Shown in pieces: positions 46,748-56,229 of a stretch of DNA of 60,813 bases. The notes below the pieces were generated by a model. That model made no database searches. It was not told the origin of the DNA and was given only the letters and a program-made list of their open reading frames with translations. The stretch comes from an uncultured Atribacterota bacterium (GTDB lineage Bacteria > Atribacterota > Phoenicimicrobiia > Phoenicimicrobiales > Stramentimicrobiaceae): contig CAZAJW010000234.1 in the NCBI GenBank assembly GCA_964485485.1, forward strand, positions 1 to 60,813, given 5' to 3'. The position numbers and the translations under genes are program-made. Positions within the stretch are counted from its first letter, which is position 1. The number at the start of each line of letters is the position of its first letter.

Positions 46748-49387
46748 TCATATAACCTTTTTTTCTTTTAACATTTTAACAAATGATAGTTCATCATTTT
46801 TATTTCTTAGAATACCGTTTAATTGAAGATATAATACTAATTTTAATATTTTAGCATAAATCGGATTGGGCTTCATGCCTATTTGCGTTAAATCATGCCC
46901 AGAAATATAAGTAGACGTTTTTTTATAATTATTCAAATATTTTTTTATTCGATTGATTATGAGCTTATTTTTCTTTTCCTCCAATAAAATAATAAAGAGT
47001 AACTCATTGTCTATATTCTTTAAATGATAATATATATGACTTGGCAAAATTTCCTCTTTATTTAAAATGCTTATTATCCTGTTTTTCCACTCAAGCAGTC
47101 TTTCAAGTTTTTTAATATTTCTTTCACTTAATCCGATTCGTTTTTTGATATGTTTAATCTCTAAATTTGATAGCTTTAATAGATAATATAAATACAAAAC
47201 ACCTTTATTTATCTTCTCTTCAGGGAATTTAATATCCCAGTAAATCATCATTTCTTCTATTTGCTTAAATCGTTCAATGAGAGGTTGATTTAGCCTTAGG
47301 TTGGGAATTACACTAGAAAGAATGCCTAACTCATCCATCCTTTTGAGTACTTTAATTGGTTTTTGTTCCTGTAAAATAATCAATAATTCTTCATTGAGTC
47401 TTTTTTTCCGAATAAGAGAAACTAACCCTTCTTTGACTGCTTTCCTAAGAAATTTTTCTGTTGTCTGTTCAAGCGTAAAATCATATCTTTGCTCAAATCG
47501 AACAGCTCTTATGATTCTAGCAGGATCTTCTGTAAAACTTAGGCTATATAGGATTCTTATTTTTTTTAGCTCTAAATCTCTCTTACCTCCAAAGAAATCA
47601 AGTAACCTTGCGAATTTATCCTTATTTAGTTGTATTGCCATAGCATTGATAGTAAAATCCCTGCGATACAAATCTTTTTTTATAGAAGCAAATTCAACTT
47701 TCGGTAATGCAGCAGGGAATTCGTAAAATTCTCTTCTTGCAGATGCAAAATCAATCTTTAATCCGTTTGGCAATATCACAACTGCTGTTTTAAATTTTTG
47801 ATGGCTTCTCATTTTTCCATTTGTCTTGCTACAAAAATATCTAGCAAATTTAATAGCATTTTCTTCAATAACTATGTCCAGATCCAGGTTTGGTATTCCT
47901 AGAAATAAATCTCTTACAATACCGCCAACCATAAAGATAGAATAGCCCAAATCATCCCCAGCCTGGCCTATTTGATACAAGACATCAAGAATATCTCTAG
48001 GGAAATATTGATGAATCAAAGCTTCAATTTTTTCTTTACCAGAATTATAATGTCCGTTTCTTTTTTCAAATAGAGAATATGATTCTCTGTTAATATCTTT
48101 TTCGCCATATAGGCTTCTGATTAGATCTGTCCTTGTGATTATTCCCTCTAACTTCCCCTTTTCATTTAAAACTAATACCCTACCAACATCATATTTAATC
48201 ATTAATTCTTGAATTTCTAACATTGGTGTATATAAATTAACACTAATAACATTCTCAGACATATAAATATCAACTGTTTCATTTTCATAACGATGGTGTT
48301 TGGCCTTATAAATTTCTTGACGTGTTATAATACCTACTAATTTTTCTTTATCCATTACTGGGAAACCGTTATGCCCATAGCGCAACATTATTTTAGATGC
48401 TTCTTCAATTGTAGTGTGAACATCTAAGGTTTTAACCGGGCTGGTCATGATATTTATTGCTAATGTTTCTGCTTCTATGTGATTATTTATAATTTCTTTT
48501 ATTTTATTTTCTACTTCTATTAAAGATAATTTTCTTACTACTGCTGATGCTGCCTGGGAATGACCACCCCCACCTATGCTTTTCAATATCTTACCAACAT
48601 TTACTGAATTTCTATTGCTTCTTCCAACTACATAAATTCTATCTTTCATTTGCACTAAAACAAAAATTATATCACTATTAACTATTTCAATTAATTTATG
48701 GGTAACAAGGGCTAAACCTTCAATATATTCTCCAACCTTGTTTTTTGCAAAAACAACACTTATTCCCTTAAAATACTTTTCTTGAGAATTTGAAATTAAA
48801 CTATTTAATAGTTTTTTCTGTTGTGAATTTAAACCAATATTAGTAAATTTATTAACGGTTCTTAAATTTACACCAATATAAAAAAGATAACTCAATACGT
48901 CAATATCTTCTTTCGTTGTCGTAGAGAAAGTTAGAGATCCAGTATCTTCATATATACCCAGGGCAAATAAAGTAGCTTCTAAAGATGTTATGGCAATATT
49001 TTGCTTAATTATAACATTTAACAGTATTGTAGTAGCTGCTCCCACTTCTTTTATAGTACTATTATTTGCCTTAATATCGTTTTCTGTTGTCGGATGATGA
49101 TCGTAAATTATGATTTTTAGTTTATTATTATTCAATAAGGATTCAAATGGACCAATTCTGTCTTTTTGCCTGGTATCGACAATAATTAATTCTGAAATAT
49201 TTGCCATATCAATTTGTTTTAGTGAGGATATATTTAAAGCATTGCCATACAAAGAAAGATATTTTCGAACATTTTCTTCAACAGCGCCAGGGAAAACAAT
49301 AAATGCATCAGGATATATCTTTTTGGCAGCAATCATGGAAGCAAGACAATCAAAATCTGCGCTGGTATGACCAATGATTACTTTCAT
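46748..49387 (-). CDS. Multidomain DHH/DHHA1 phosphoesterase - CBS pair - class II nucleotidyltransferase (CCA-adding/poly(A) polymerase family)
   Basis: 879 aa. It has an N-terminal DHH domain (HTSADFDCLAS, IIYDHH) and DHHA1 GGGGHSQAASA. These are followed by two CBS repeats, then the PolyA_pol head (MVGGIVRDLFLG...LDLDIV) and the tRNA-NT body. Confidence 0.85.
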   Translation of the reverse strand: MKVIIGHTSADFDCLASMIAAKKIYPDAFIVFPGAVEENVRKYLSLYGNALNISSLKQIDMANISELIIVDTRQKDRIGPFESLLNNNKLKIIIYDHHPTTENDIKANNSTIKEVGAATTILLNVIIKQNIAITSLEATLFALGIYEDTGSLTFSTTTKEDIDVLSYLFYIGVNLRTVNKFTNIGLNSQQKKLLNSLISNSQEKYFKGISVVFAKNKVGEYIEGLALVTHKLIEIVNSDIIFVLVQMKDRIYVVGRSNRNSVNVGKILKSIGGGGHSQAASAVVRKLSLIEVENKIKEIINNHIEAETLAINIMTSPVKTLDVHTTIEEASKIMLRYGHNGFPVMDKEKLVGIITRQEIYKAKHHRYENETVDIYMSENVISVNLYTPMLEIQELMIKYDVGRVLVLNEKGKLEGIITRTDLIRSLYGEKDINRESYSLFEKRNGHYNSGKEKIEALIHQYFPRDILDVLYQIGQAGDDLGYSIFMVGGIVRDLFLGIPNLDLDIVIEENAIKFARYFCSKTNGKMRSHQKFKTAVVILPNGLKIDFASARREFYEFPAALPKVEFASIKKDLYRRDFTINAMAIQLNKDKFARLLDFFGGKRDLELKKIRILYSLSFTEDPARIIRAVRFEQRYDFTLEQTTEKFLRKAVKEGLVSLIRKKRLNEELLIILQEQKPIKVLKRMDELGILSSVIPNLRLNQPLIERFKQIEEMMIYWDIKFPEEKINKGVLYLYYLLKLSNLEIKHIKKRIGLSERNIKKLERLLEWKNRIISILNKEEILPSHIYYHLKNIDNELLFIILLEEKKNKLIINRIKKYLNNYKKTSTYISGHDLTQIGMKPNPIYAKILKLVLYLQLNGILRNKNDELSFVKMLKEKKVI

Positions 49388-49450
49388 AATATCTCATCCG
49401 TTATCTAAAAATATTGAATATATATAATCTTTCAGGAAAGGATTACAAGC

Positions 49451-49634
49451 AAATATCGCACCCGCATAGTGCGTGTCTTTAAGTACCCCCAAAAGAGTTT
49501 TATTTTAGCTCTTTCTTCTTTCGATTTTATTTATACTTTAGCCAGAATATTTCTTAAGCAATATAACTTTTGACTTTGGACTTCAGGTAATAAATTATTA
49601 GATAGCCTATCTTAATCTTTATTTATGGTAATAC
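49451..49634 (+). repeat. Mosaic intergenic repeat (A + B + C + D, no E)
   Basis: AAATATCGCACCCGcatagTGCGTG...CTTTCGATTTTATTTATACTTTAGCCAGAATATTTCTTAAGCAATATAACTTTTGACTTTGGACTTCAGGTAATAAATT..AGATAGCCTATCTTAATCTTTATTTATGGTAAT. The pdp stop follows 5 nt later. Confidence 0.88.
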
Positions 49635-49638
49635 TATT

Positions 49639-50967
49639 TTAGTTAAGTTTTTTTAATCCACATTTATCAATGACAGCTAATAACAAGGGTTCTTCTTCCG
49701 GTTTTTTATCAATAATGTGAAAAGCATTCTTTGCTATATTTTTTGCATTAAAATATCTTTTTTCATCATTAAAATATAGTGTTGCTAAAGCCTCTTTTAA
49801 ACTTACGTAATCACCTTTTTTCTTTTTTAATATTATTCCGACAGATAAATCTACTTTTGCATCTTTCACTTCCCTGCCTGCTCCCAGGGCCATAGAAGCT
49901 TCACCAATCATGCGTGCATCAACTACATCAATAAATCCATTTCTTTCAGAATATATATTTTTTTTATACTTTGCTTTCGGTAATAAATCAGTGCTGTCTA
50001 TTTGCCTTATATCACCATTTTGGCTTTTTACTATTTGCCTGAATTTTCCTAATGCCTTACCATTTCCTAAAACCTCTTTTAGTATATTAACTCCATCTTT
50101 TGGATTACTAATAACTTCAGCTGCCATTAACATGTATGACCCTATACAAAGACAAAGTTCTCTTAAATCATCAGGACCTTGATTATTTAATAATGCAATT
50201 GCTTCTTCTATTTCAAGAGAATTGCCAATTGCATATCCCAGGGGTTGATCCATCGAGGAAACAATTGCATAAGTAGCTTTATTATTATTTTCCCCAATAT
50301 TAACCATTGTTTTGCCTAACAAAATGGCATCATTAATATTTTTTATAAAAGCTCCCTTACCAACTGTTATATTTAAAACAAATGCATCTGCCCCACCAGC
50401 AATCTTTTTGCTCATAATACTACTGGCAATCAGGGGAATGCTGTCGATGGTACCCGTAACATCTCTTAAGGAATATATTTTTTTATCTGCTGGTGCAATA
50501 TTAATATTGGCACTGATAATCGAGGCGTTCACATCTTTAACAATTTCAATAAACCTTCTAATAGAAAGATTGGTTTTAAAGCCATTTATTGATTCTAATT
50601 TATCAATAGTTCCACCAGTATGACCTAATCCACGACCAGAAATTTTAGGAATCGGAACACCTGCAGCAGCAACCATTGGTAACAATGCCAGAGAAGTTTT
50701 ATCTCCAACACCTCCTGTGCTATGTTTATCAATTTTTTTCCCAGATATTGAGCTTAGATCTAATGTTTCACCTGATTTAGCCATGGTTATAGTCAAATCA
50801 TTAATTTCCCGTTCAGTCATTCCATTAAACCAAATAGCCATAAGAAGTGAGGACATTTGATAATCTCGTATTTTTCCGTTTAAGTAATTATCAATAATAA
50901 ATTGTATTTCTTCTGTAGATAGCGCTTTGTTGTTCTTTTTTTTCTCAATAATTCCGATAATATTCAC
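49639..50967 (-). CDS. pdp: Pyrimidine-nucleoside phosphorylase
   Basis: 442 aa with HSTGGVGDKTS and full-length Pdp/DeoA similarity. It uses a GTG start with no obvious SD. Confidence 0.93.
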   Translation of the reverse strand: MNIIGIIEKKKNNKALSTEEIQFIIDNYLNGKIRDYQMSSLLMAIWFNGMTEREINDLTITMAKSGETLDLSSISGKKIDKHSTGGVGDKTSLALLPMVAAAGVPIPKISGRGLGHTGGTIDKLESINGFKTNLSIRRFIEIVKDVNASIISANINIAPADKKIYSLRDVTGTIDSIPLIASSIMSKKIAGGADAFVLNITVGKGAFIKNINDAILLGKTMVNIGENNNKATYAIVSSMDQPLGYAIGNSLEIEEAIALLNNQGPDDLRELCLCIGSYMLMAAEVISNPKDGVNILKEVLGNGKALGKFRQIVKSQNGDIRQIDSTDLLPKAKYKKNIYSERNGFIDVVDARMIGEASMALGAGREVKDAKVDLSVGIILKKKKGDYVSLKEALATLYFNDEKRYFNAKNIAKNAFHIIDKKPEEEPLLLAVIDKCGLKKLN

Positions 50968-51036
50968 AACAGAAGTAGTCAGAGGACTAGATGTCCCTGA
51001 AATCCTTTCAAAATAATATTTTAACTTATTACAGTG

Positions 51037-51275
51037 AAAATCGTACTCGCATAGCGGGTAGATTAAGAGCCTTTAAAAGAAGTTTATCTTTTTTTTACTC
51101 TTTTTCTTTTTTCGATTTTTTGTTTATATTTTAACTATACTTCTAAGAAATATTGTTTTATATTTTGAGTTTCAGGTGAAAAATTGTTAGATAGCATATC
51201 TTAATTTTTATTTCTGACAAAACTATTTTATTTAACCATTACCAACTTTTAAGAAGTTGGTAATGGTTAAATAAA
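51037..51275 (+). repeat. Mosaic intergenic repeat, full-length copy (A-B-C-D-E)
   Basis: All five modules are present. The A hairpin is TACTCG-catag-CGGGTA (51044-51060). E is a perfect 21-bp inverted repeat, TTATTTAACCATTACCAACTT (51228-51248) with AAGTTGGTAATGGTTAAATAA (51254-51274). Confidence 0.9.
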
Positions 51276-51282
51276 TATAATA

Positions 51283-53247
51283 TTATAAAAATAAAGGTAT
51301 AAAAACCAACGATACAATGGACATAACTTTAATTAAAATATTCATAGATGGCCCTGCTGTATCTTTAAAAGGGTCTCCGACTGTATCACCGATAACTCCT
51401 GCTTGATGTGCTGGTGAATTTTTACCACCATAGTTTCCTTTCTCGATATATTTTTTTGCATTATCCCAGGCACCCCCGGAATTGGCCATCATAATCGCTA
51501 AAAATACTCCTACAACAACTGAACCCAGTAAAAGACCCCCAAGAGCTTCTGGACCAAGAAATACGCCAACAAAAATAGGAGCAATAATAGCAAGCAATCC
51601 TGGTATTATCATTTCTTTCAGTGCACCCTTTGTGCTAATATCTACACATTTTTCTGGTTCTGGTTTAGCAGTGCCTTCTTTTAAACCAGGTATTTCTTTA
51701 AATTGTCTTCTTACTTCAGCAATCATTAATGACGCGGTTTTTCCAACAGCTTCTATTGTCATGGAAGCAAAAAGGAATGGTAATATGCCTCCAATAAAAA
51801 TACCAATCATTACCATGGGATTAGTAATACTAATAATACTCAATTCTACAGATTTACTATATGCAGTAAATAATGCTAATGCGGTTAAAGCGGCTGAGCC
51901 AATGGCAAATCCTTTCCCAATAGCTGCAGTAGTATTTCCTACAGCATCCAATGAATCGGTAATCTTTCTTACTTCAGGTTTCAGCCCAGCCATTTCGGCT
52001 ATTCCTCCTGCATTATCTGCTATAGGTCCATAAGAATCAACCGATACTGTCATGCCTACAATAGATAGCATTCCAACTGCAGCAACAGATATGCCATACA
52101 GCCCTGCAAAATAATGAGAAACATAAATTGCTATACAAATGACAATAATAGGTAATGCTGTGCTTTTGAGCCCCACCGCAAATCCTTCCAGAATTGTAGT
52201 TGCAGCTCCTGTTAATGATGCTTCTGATATTCTTTTTACCGGAGAATAATCATAGGAAGTATAATATTCTGTAATCAACCCAATTGCTACACCGGCAATT
52301 AAACCGGAAATCGTTGCAAAGAATATTGACAGATTTCCAAACAATGCATAAGACAAAGCAAAAGACACAACTACTACCAGTGCACCACTTATATATGTAC
52401 CTAAATTTAATGCCTTATGGATACTTCGGTCATCCTTGGGGGATATGAAAAAAGTTGCAATAATTACAGAAATGATCCCACAAGAAGCAAGAATTAAGGG
52501 ATAGGTAATATAGTTTACCGAATCGTGCAATATGCTACCCAATATCATGCATGACAAAATAGAACCTACAAAAGATTCGAACAAATCTGCTCCCATCCCT
52601 GCTACATCTCCAACATTGTCTCCAACATTGTCTGCTATTACTGCAGGGTTCCTTGGATCGTCTTCAGGTATTCCTGCCTCAACTTTTCCAACTAAATCAG
52701 CTCCTACATCTGCAGCTTTCGTATAGATACCACCACCAACTCTGGCAAATAGAGCTATTGAACTAGCACCTAAAGCGAAGCCATTAATTAAGTTAGGGTC
52801 TTCGTATAAATAATATAAAATACCTAAACCAACTAGGCCAAAACCGGCTACTGACATACCCATTACTGCTCCTCCGGAAAAGGCAATTTTTAGTGCTTTT
52901 GCCAATCCGGATTCCTGAGCTGCAAATGTGGTTCTTGCGTTAGTCTTTGTAGCAATTTTCATACCTATAAATCCTGCTAATGCCGAACATGCTGCTCCAA
53001 ATACAAATGAAATACCAGTTATGTTTCCTCTAACTAATACAATTATAATTGCAATGATAATAACAAAAAATATCAAAATCGAATATTCTCTTTTTAAAAA
53101 TGTCATTGCACCTTTTTCAATCGACATTGAGAGTTGCTGCATTAAATCGCTCCCTGCTTTTTCAGACATAACACGTTTTGCCAGTATCATTGCATATAAC
53201 AACGATATTAAACCACTAAGAATGATCATCATCTTAATTACCAACAT
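51283..53247 (-). CDS. hppA: Membrane-bound pyrophosphatase, K+-dependent type (H+ or Na+ pumping)
   Basis: 654 aa, about 16 TM, with DNVGDNVGD and [10 protein letters not shown]. Ala rather than Lys in GNTT[A/K]A marks K+-dependent enzymes. Confidence 0.93.
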   Translation of the reverse strand: MLVIKMMIILSGLISLLYAMILAKRVMSEKAGSDLMQQLSMSIEKGAMTFLKREYSILIFFVIIIAIIIVLVRGNITGISFVFGAACSALAGFIGMKIATKTNARTTFAAQESGLAKALKIAFSGGAVMGMSVAGFGLVGLGILYYLYEDPNLINGFALGASSIALFARVGGGIYTKAADVGADLVGKVEAGIPEDDPRNPAVIADNVGDNVGDVAGMGADLFESFVGSILSCMILGSILHDSVNYITYPLILASCGIISVIIATFFISPKDDRSIHKALNLGTYISGALVVVVSFALSYALFGNLSIFFATISGLIAGVAIGLITEYYTSYDYSPVKRISEASLTGAATTILEGFAVGLKSTALPIIVICIAIYVSHYFAGLYGISVAAVGMLSIVGMTVSVDSYGPIADNAGGIAEMAGLKPEVRKITDSLDAVGNTTAAIGKGFAIGSAALTALALFTAYSKSVELSIISITNPMVMIGIFIGGILPFLFASMTIEAVGKTASLMIAEVRRQFKEIPGLKEGTAKPEPEKCVDISTKGALKEMIIPGLLAIIAPIFVGVFLGPEALGGLLLGSVVVGVFLAIMMANSGGAWDNAKKYIEKGNYGGKNSPAHQAGVIGDTVGDPFKDTAGPSMNILIKVMSIVSLVFIPLFL

Positions 53248-53402
53248 TTTTGACTCCTTTTATATTAATAAAATTTATACAGCCAATACATATAAATATA
53301 AGTAAAATTATAATTATTTTCTATATAAACTATAAATGGATAAAATAATTATAAATCAATATTACTATTAATATAATATTATTTTATCACATTTAAAATT
53401 AC

Positions 53403-53445
53403 AAGGTGGTTCCCATATTTCTAAAAAACAAAAGGAAACCACCTT
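53403..53445 (-). terminator. Candidate (bidirectional) terminator downstream of ppdK
   Basis: On the minus strand AAGGTGGTTTCC pairs with GGGAACCACCTT (12 bp, one G.U) across a 19-nt loop, about 60 nt after the ppdK stop. T-rich tails occur on both strands. Confidence 0.5.
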
Positions 53446-53502
53446 ATTTTTACTACACAAATATATGAAAATATAAATATATGTGATTATTGATTTTTTG
53501 TT

Positions 53503-56139
53503 TTATTCCTTTAAAACTGCATGTGCGGCAGCTAATCTGGCAATCGGTACCCTGAAAGGAGAACAGCTTACGTAATTCAATCCAGTTCTGTGACAAAATT
53601 CAACGGAATTTGGCTCTCCTCCGTGTTCTCCACATATTCCAATCTCTAAATCTGGATTTGTTTTTCTGCCTAATTCTACACCGGTTTGAACTAGTTTTCC
53701 AACTCCTTCTGTATCTAAAACTTCAAAAGGATTTTCTTTTAATATTCCTTCATCAACATATTTTAGTAAAAATTTTCCTTCTGCATCGTCTCTGCTTATA
53801 CCGAATGTTGTCTGGGTCAAGTCGTTGGTTCCAAAGGAGAAGAATTCTGCATATTTAGCAATTTCATCAGCAGTTAATGCCGCCCTTGGTAATTCTATCA
53901 TGGTCCCTACTTTATATTCTAAATTTAGATGTTCCTTGGAAATAATTTCTTCGGCTAATTTTTTAGTTTTATCATAAATTGGTTTTAATTCATTGACATG
54001 TCCAACCAGAGGAATCATTATTTCAGGTTTTACGTCAACCCCTTGTTTTTTTAATTCAACGCTTGCTTCAATAATAGCTTTTACTTGCATCTCATAAATC
54101 TCAGGATACAATAATCCTAAACGGCATCCTCTTAAGCCAAGCATAGGATTCATTTCCTGTAACATTCTTATTCTCTCTAATATATTTTCCTGCTTTTCTA
54201 GTTCTTCCTTATTTTGCGGTTTCTCTAATTTTAGTGTTGTTACCTTTACCAATGTTTCTTCGAAATTAGGTAAAAATTCATGTAAAGGTGGGTCTAGCAA
54301 ACGAATAATTACAGGAAAACCATGCATTGCTTTTAATATTCCAACAAAGTCACTTTTTTGCATAGGTAATAACTTATCCAATTCTTTTTGCCGTGATTTC
54401 TTGGTATCAGAAGTAATCATAGCTTGTACAATAGGTAATCGCTCAGGTGCCATAAACATATGTTCAGTTCTACATAAACCTATTCCTTCTGCTCCTAAAT
54501 CTCTTGCTTTTTGAGCATCTTCCGGGGTATCAGCATTTGCGTAAACACCCAGTTTTCTGATATCGTCGGCCCAGGAAAGTAATAGGGTAAATTCCTCACT
54601 CATTTTTGGTTCAATCATAGGAACTTTTCCTTCGAATACCTTTCCATTACCTCCATCAATCGTTATCAGGTCACCTTTCTTGATTATTTTTTCTTTGACA
54701 GTAAAGGTCTCTTTTTTTGAATTAATTCTAATATCACTACAACCAGCAACACAGGGCATACCCATTCCTCTTGCTACCACAGCAGCGTGACTCGTCATGC
54801 CGCCCCTGCTGGTCAAAGTACCCTTTGCTGCAACCATGCCATGTATATCATCCGGCGTTGTTTCTGTTCTTACCAATATGACATCTTCTCCGTTTTTACC
54901 CATTTCTTCAGCTTCATCAGCAGTAAAGACAACTTTACCTGAAGCTGCACCGGGTGAAGCTGGTAACCCCTTAGCAATAGATTCAATATCAGCTTCAGGA
55001 TCAATCCTACGATGGAGCAATTGATTTAATTGCATTGGTTCAACTCTGCTAACAGCAATTCTCTTATCAATAACACCCTCATTAACCATATCAACGGCAA
55101 TTTTTAATGCTGCCTGTGCGGTTCGTTTGCCTGTTCTTGTCTGAAGAAGGTAAAGTTTCCCTTGTTCAATGGTAAATTCAAAATCCTGAACATCCTTGTA
55201 ATTTATTTCCAATGATTTTATAATGCGTATTAATTCTTCATATGTATCTGGTAGATCCTTCTTAAGGTCATCCAAGGGCTTTGGTGTCCTGATTCCAGCT
55301 ACAACATCTTCACCCTGGGCATTTAAAAGATATTCACCATAATTTTCTTTTTCACCTGTAGAAGGGTTTCGAGTAAAACCAACCCCTGTTCCGGAATCAT
55401 TTCCCATATTTCCGAAAACCATTTCCTGAACATTAACAGCAGTTCCCAAATCATCAGGAATCTTATGTATTCGGCGATAGGTAATGGCGCGTTTATTATC
55501 CCAGGAACTAAAAACAGCCTCTATAGACATATCCAGTTGCTGTTGAGGGTCATCGGGAAACTTTTTCCCCGTTTCTTTTAGAACCAGGCTTTTATACTGT
55601 TTAACAAGTTCTTTCAGTCCTTCTACATTTATTTCAGCATCAATTTCTACTTCTTGTTTTTCCTTGATTTGATCCAATATTTCTTCAAAAAGATCTCCCT
55701 TAATACCCATTACTACATTACCAAACATTTGAATAAATCTGCGATAGCTGTCATAGACAAATCTTTCATCATTTGTTTTTTTATGCATCGCTTTAATTGT
55801 ATCTTCGTTTAATCCTAAATTAAGAACAGTATCCATCATTCCAGGCATAGAAATAGCAGCACCTGAACGTACAGATACCAGCAACGGATTTTCTGAATCC
55901 CCTAACTTCTTATTGGCTTTCTTCTCCAATTTTTTTAAGTTTTCATTAACCTGTTCCGATAGTCCTTCCGGAAATTTTTTCGATTTTGTATATTCAATGC
56001 AGGCTTCTGAGGTTATAGTGAATCCCTGAGGTACTGGTATCCCCATTTTAGTCATTTCGGCTAAATTGGCCCCCTTACCTCCTAACAATCTTTTCATATC
56101 CTTATTTCCTTCATCAAAAAAATAGACATATTTTTTCAT
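53503..56139 (-). CDS. ppdK: Pyruvate, phosphate dikinase
   Basis: 878 aa with an ATP-grasp N-domain, the phosphohistidine motif GGMTSHAAVVARG and a PEP-utilising C-domain. Confidence 0.96.
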   Translation of the reverse strand: MKKYVYFFDEGNKDMKRLLGGKGANLAEMTKMGIPVPQGFTITSEACIEYTKSKKFPEGLSEQVNENLKKLEKKANKKLGDSENPLLVSVRSGAAISMPGMMDTVLNLGLNEDTIKAMHKKTNDERFVYDSYRRFIQMFGNVVMGIKGDLFEEILDQIKEKQEVEIDAEINVEGLKELVKQYKSLVLKETGKKFPDDPQQQLDMSIEAVFSSWDNKRAITYRRIHKIPDDLGTAVNVQEMVFGNMGNDSGTGVGFTRNPSTGEKENYGEYLLNAQGEDVVAGIRTPKPLDDLKKDLPDTYEELIRIIKSLEINYKDVQDFEFTIEQGKLYLLQTRTGKRTAQAALKIAVDMVNEGVIDKRIAVSRVEPMQLNQLLHRRIDPEADIESIAKGLPASPGAASGKVVFTADEAEEMGKNGEDVILVRTETTPDDIHGMVAAKGTLTSRGGMTSHAAVVARGMGMPCVAGCSDIRINSKKETFTVKEKIIKKGDLITIDGGNGKVFEGKVPMIEPKMSEEFTLLLSWADDIRKLGVYANADTPEDAQKARDLGAEGIGLCRTEHMFMAPERLPIVQAMITSDTKKSRQKELDKLLPMQKSDFVGILKAMHGFPVIIRLLDPPLHEFLPNFEETLVKVTTLKLEKPQNKEELEKQENILERIRMLQEMNPMLGLRGCRLGLLYPEIYEMQVKAIIEASVELKKQGVDVKPEIMIPLVGHVNELKPIYDKTKKLAEEIISKEHLNLEYKVGTMIELPRAALTADEIAKYAEFFSFGTNDLTQTTFGISRDDAEGKFLLKYVDEGILKENPFEVLDTEGVGKLVQTGVELGRKTNPDLEIGICGEHGGEPNSVEFCHRTGLNYVSCSPFRVPIARLAAAHAVLKE

Positions 56140-56229
56140 TGATTTTAATTCTCCTCTCTTTTATTGTATCAAATAAACAAAAAATGTTTTTTATTAAGAT
56201 AATCTAAAAAATATTATTTTTCAAATAAT

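Noticed and set aside
51228-51274. The arms of the E-module palindrome match integron attC core consensus (ATTTAAC = RYYYAAC, GTTAAAT = GTTRRRY).
   Set aside because: The consensus is very degenerate and easily matched by an AT-rich palindrome. The hairpin (~47 nt) is shorter than typical attC sites and there is no intI. The would-be cassettes are essential housekeeping operons.
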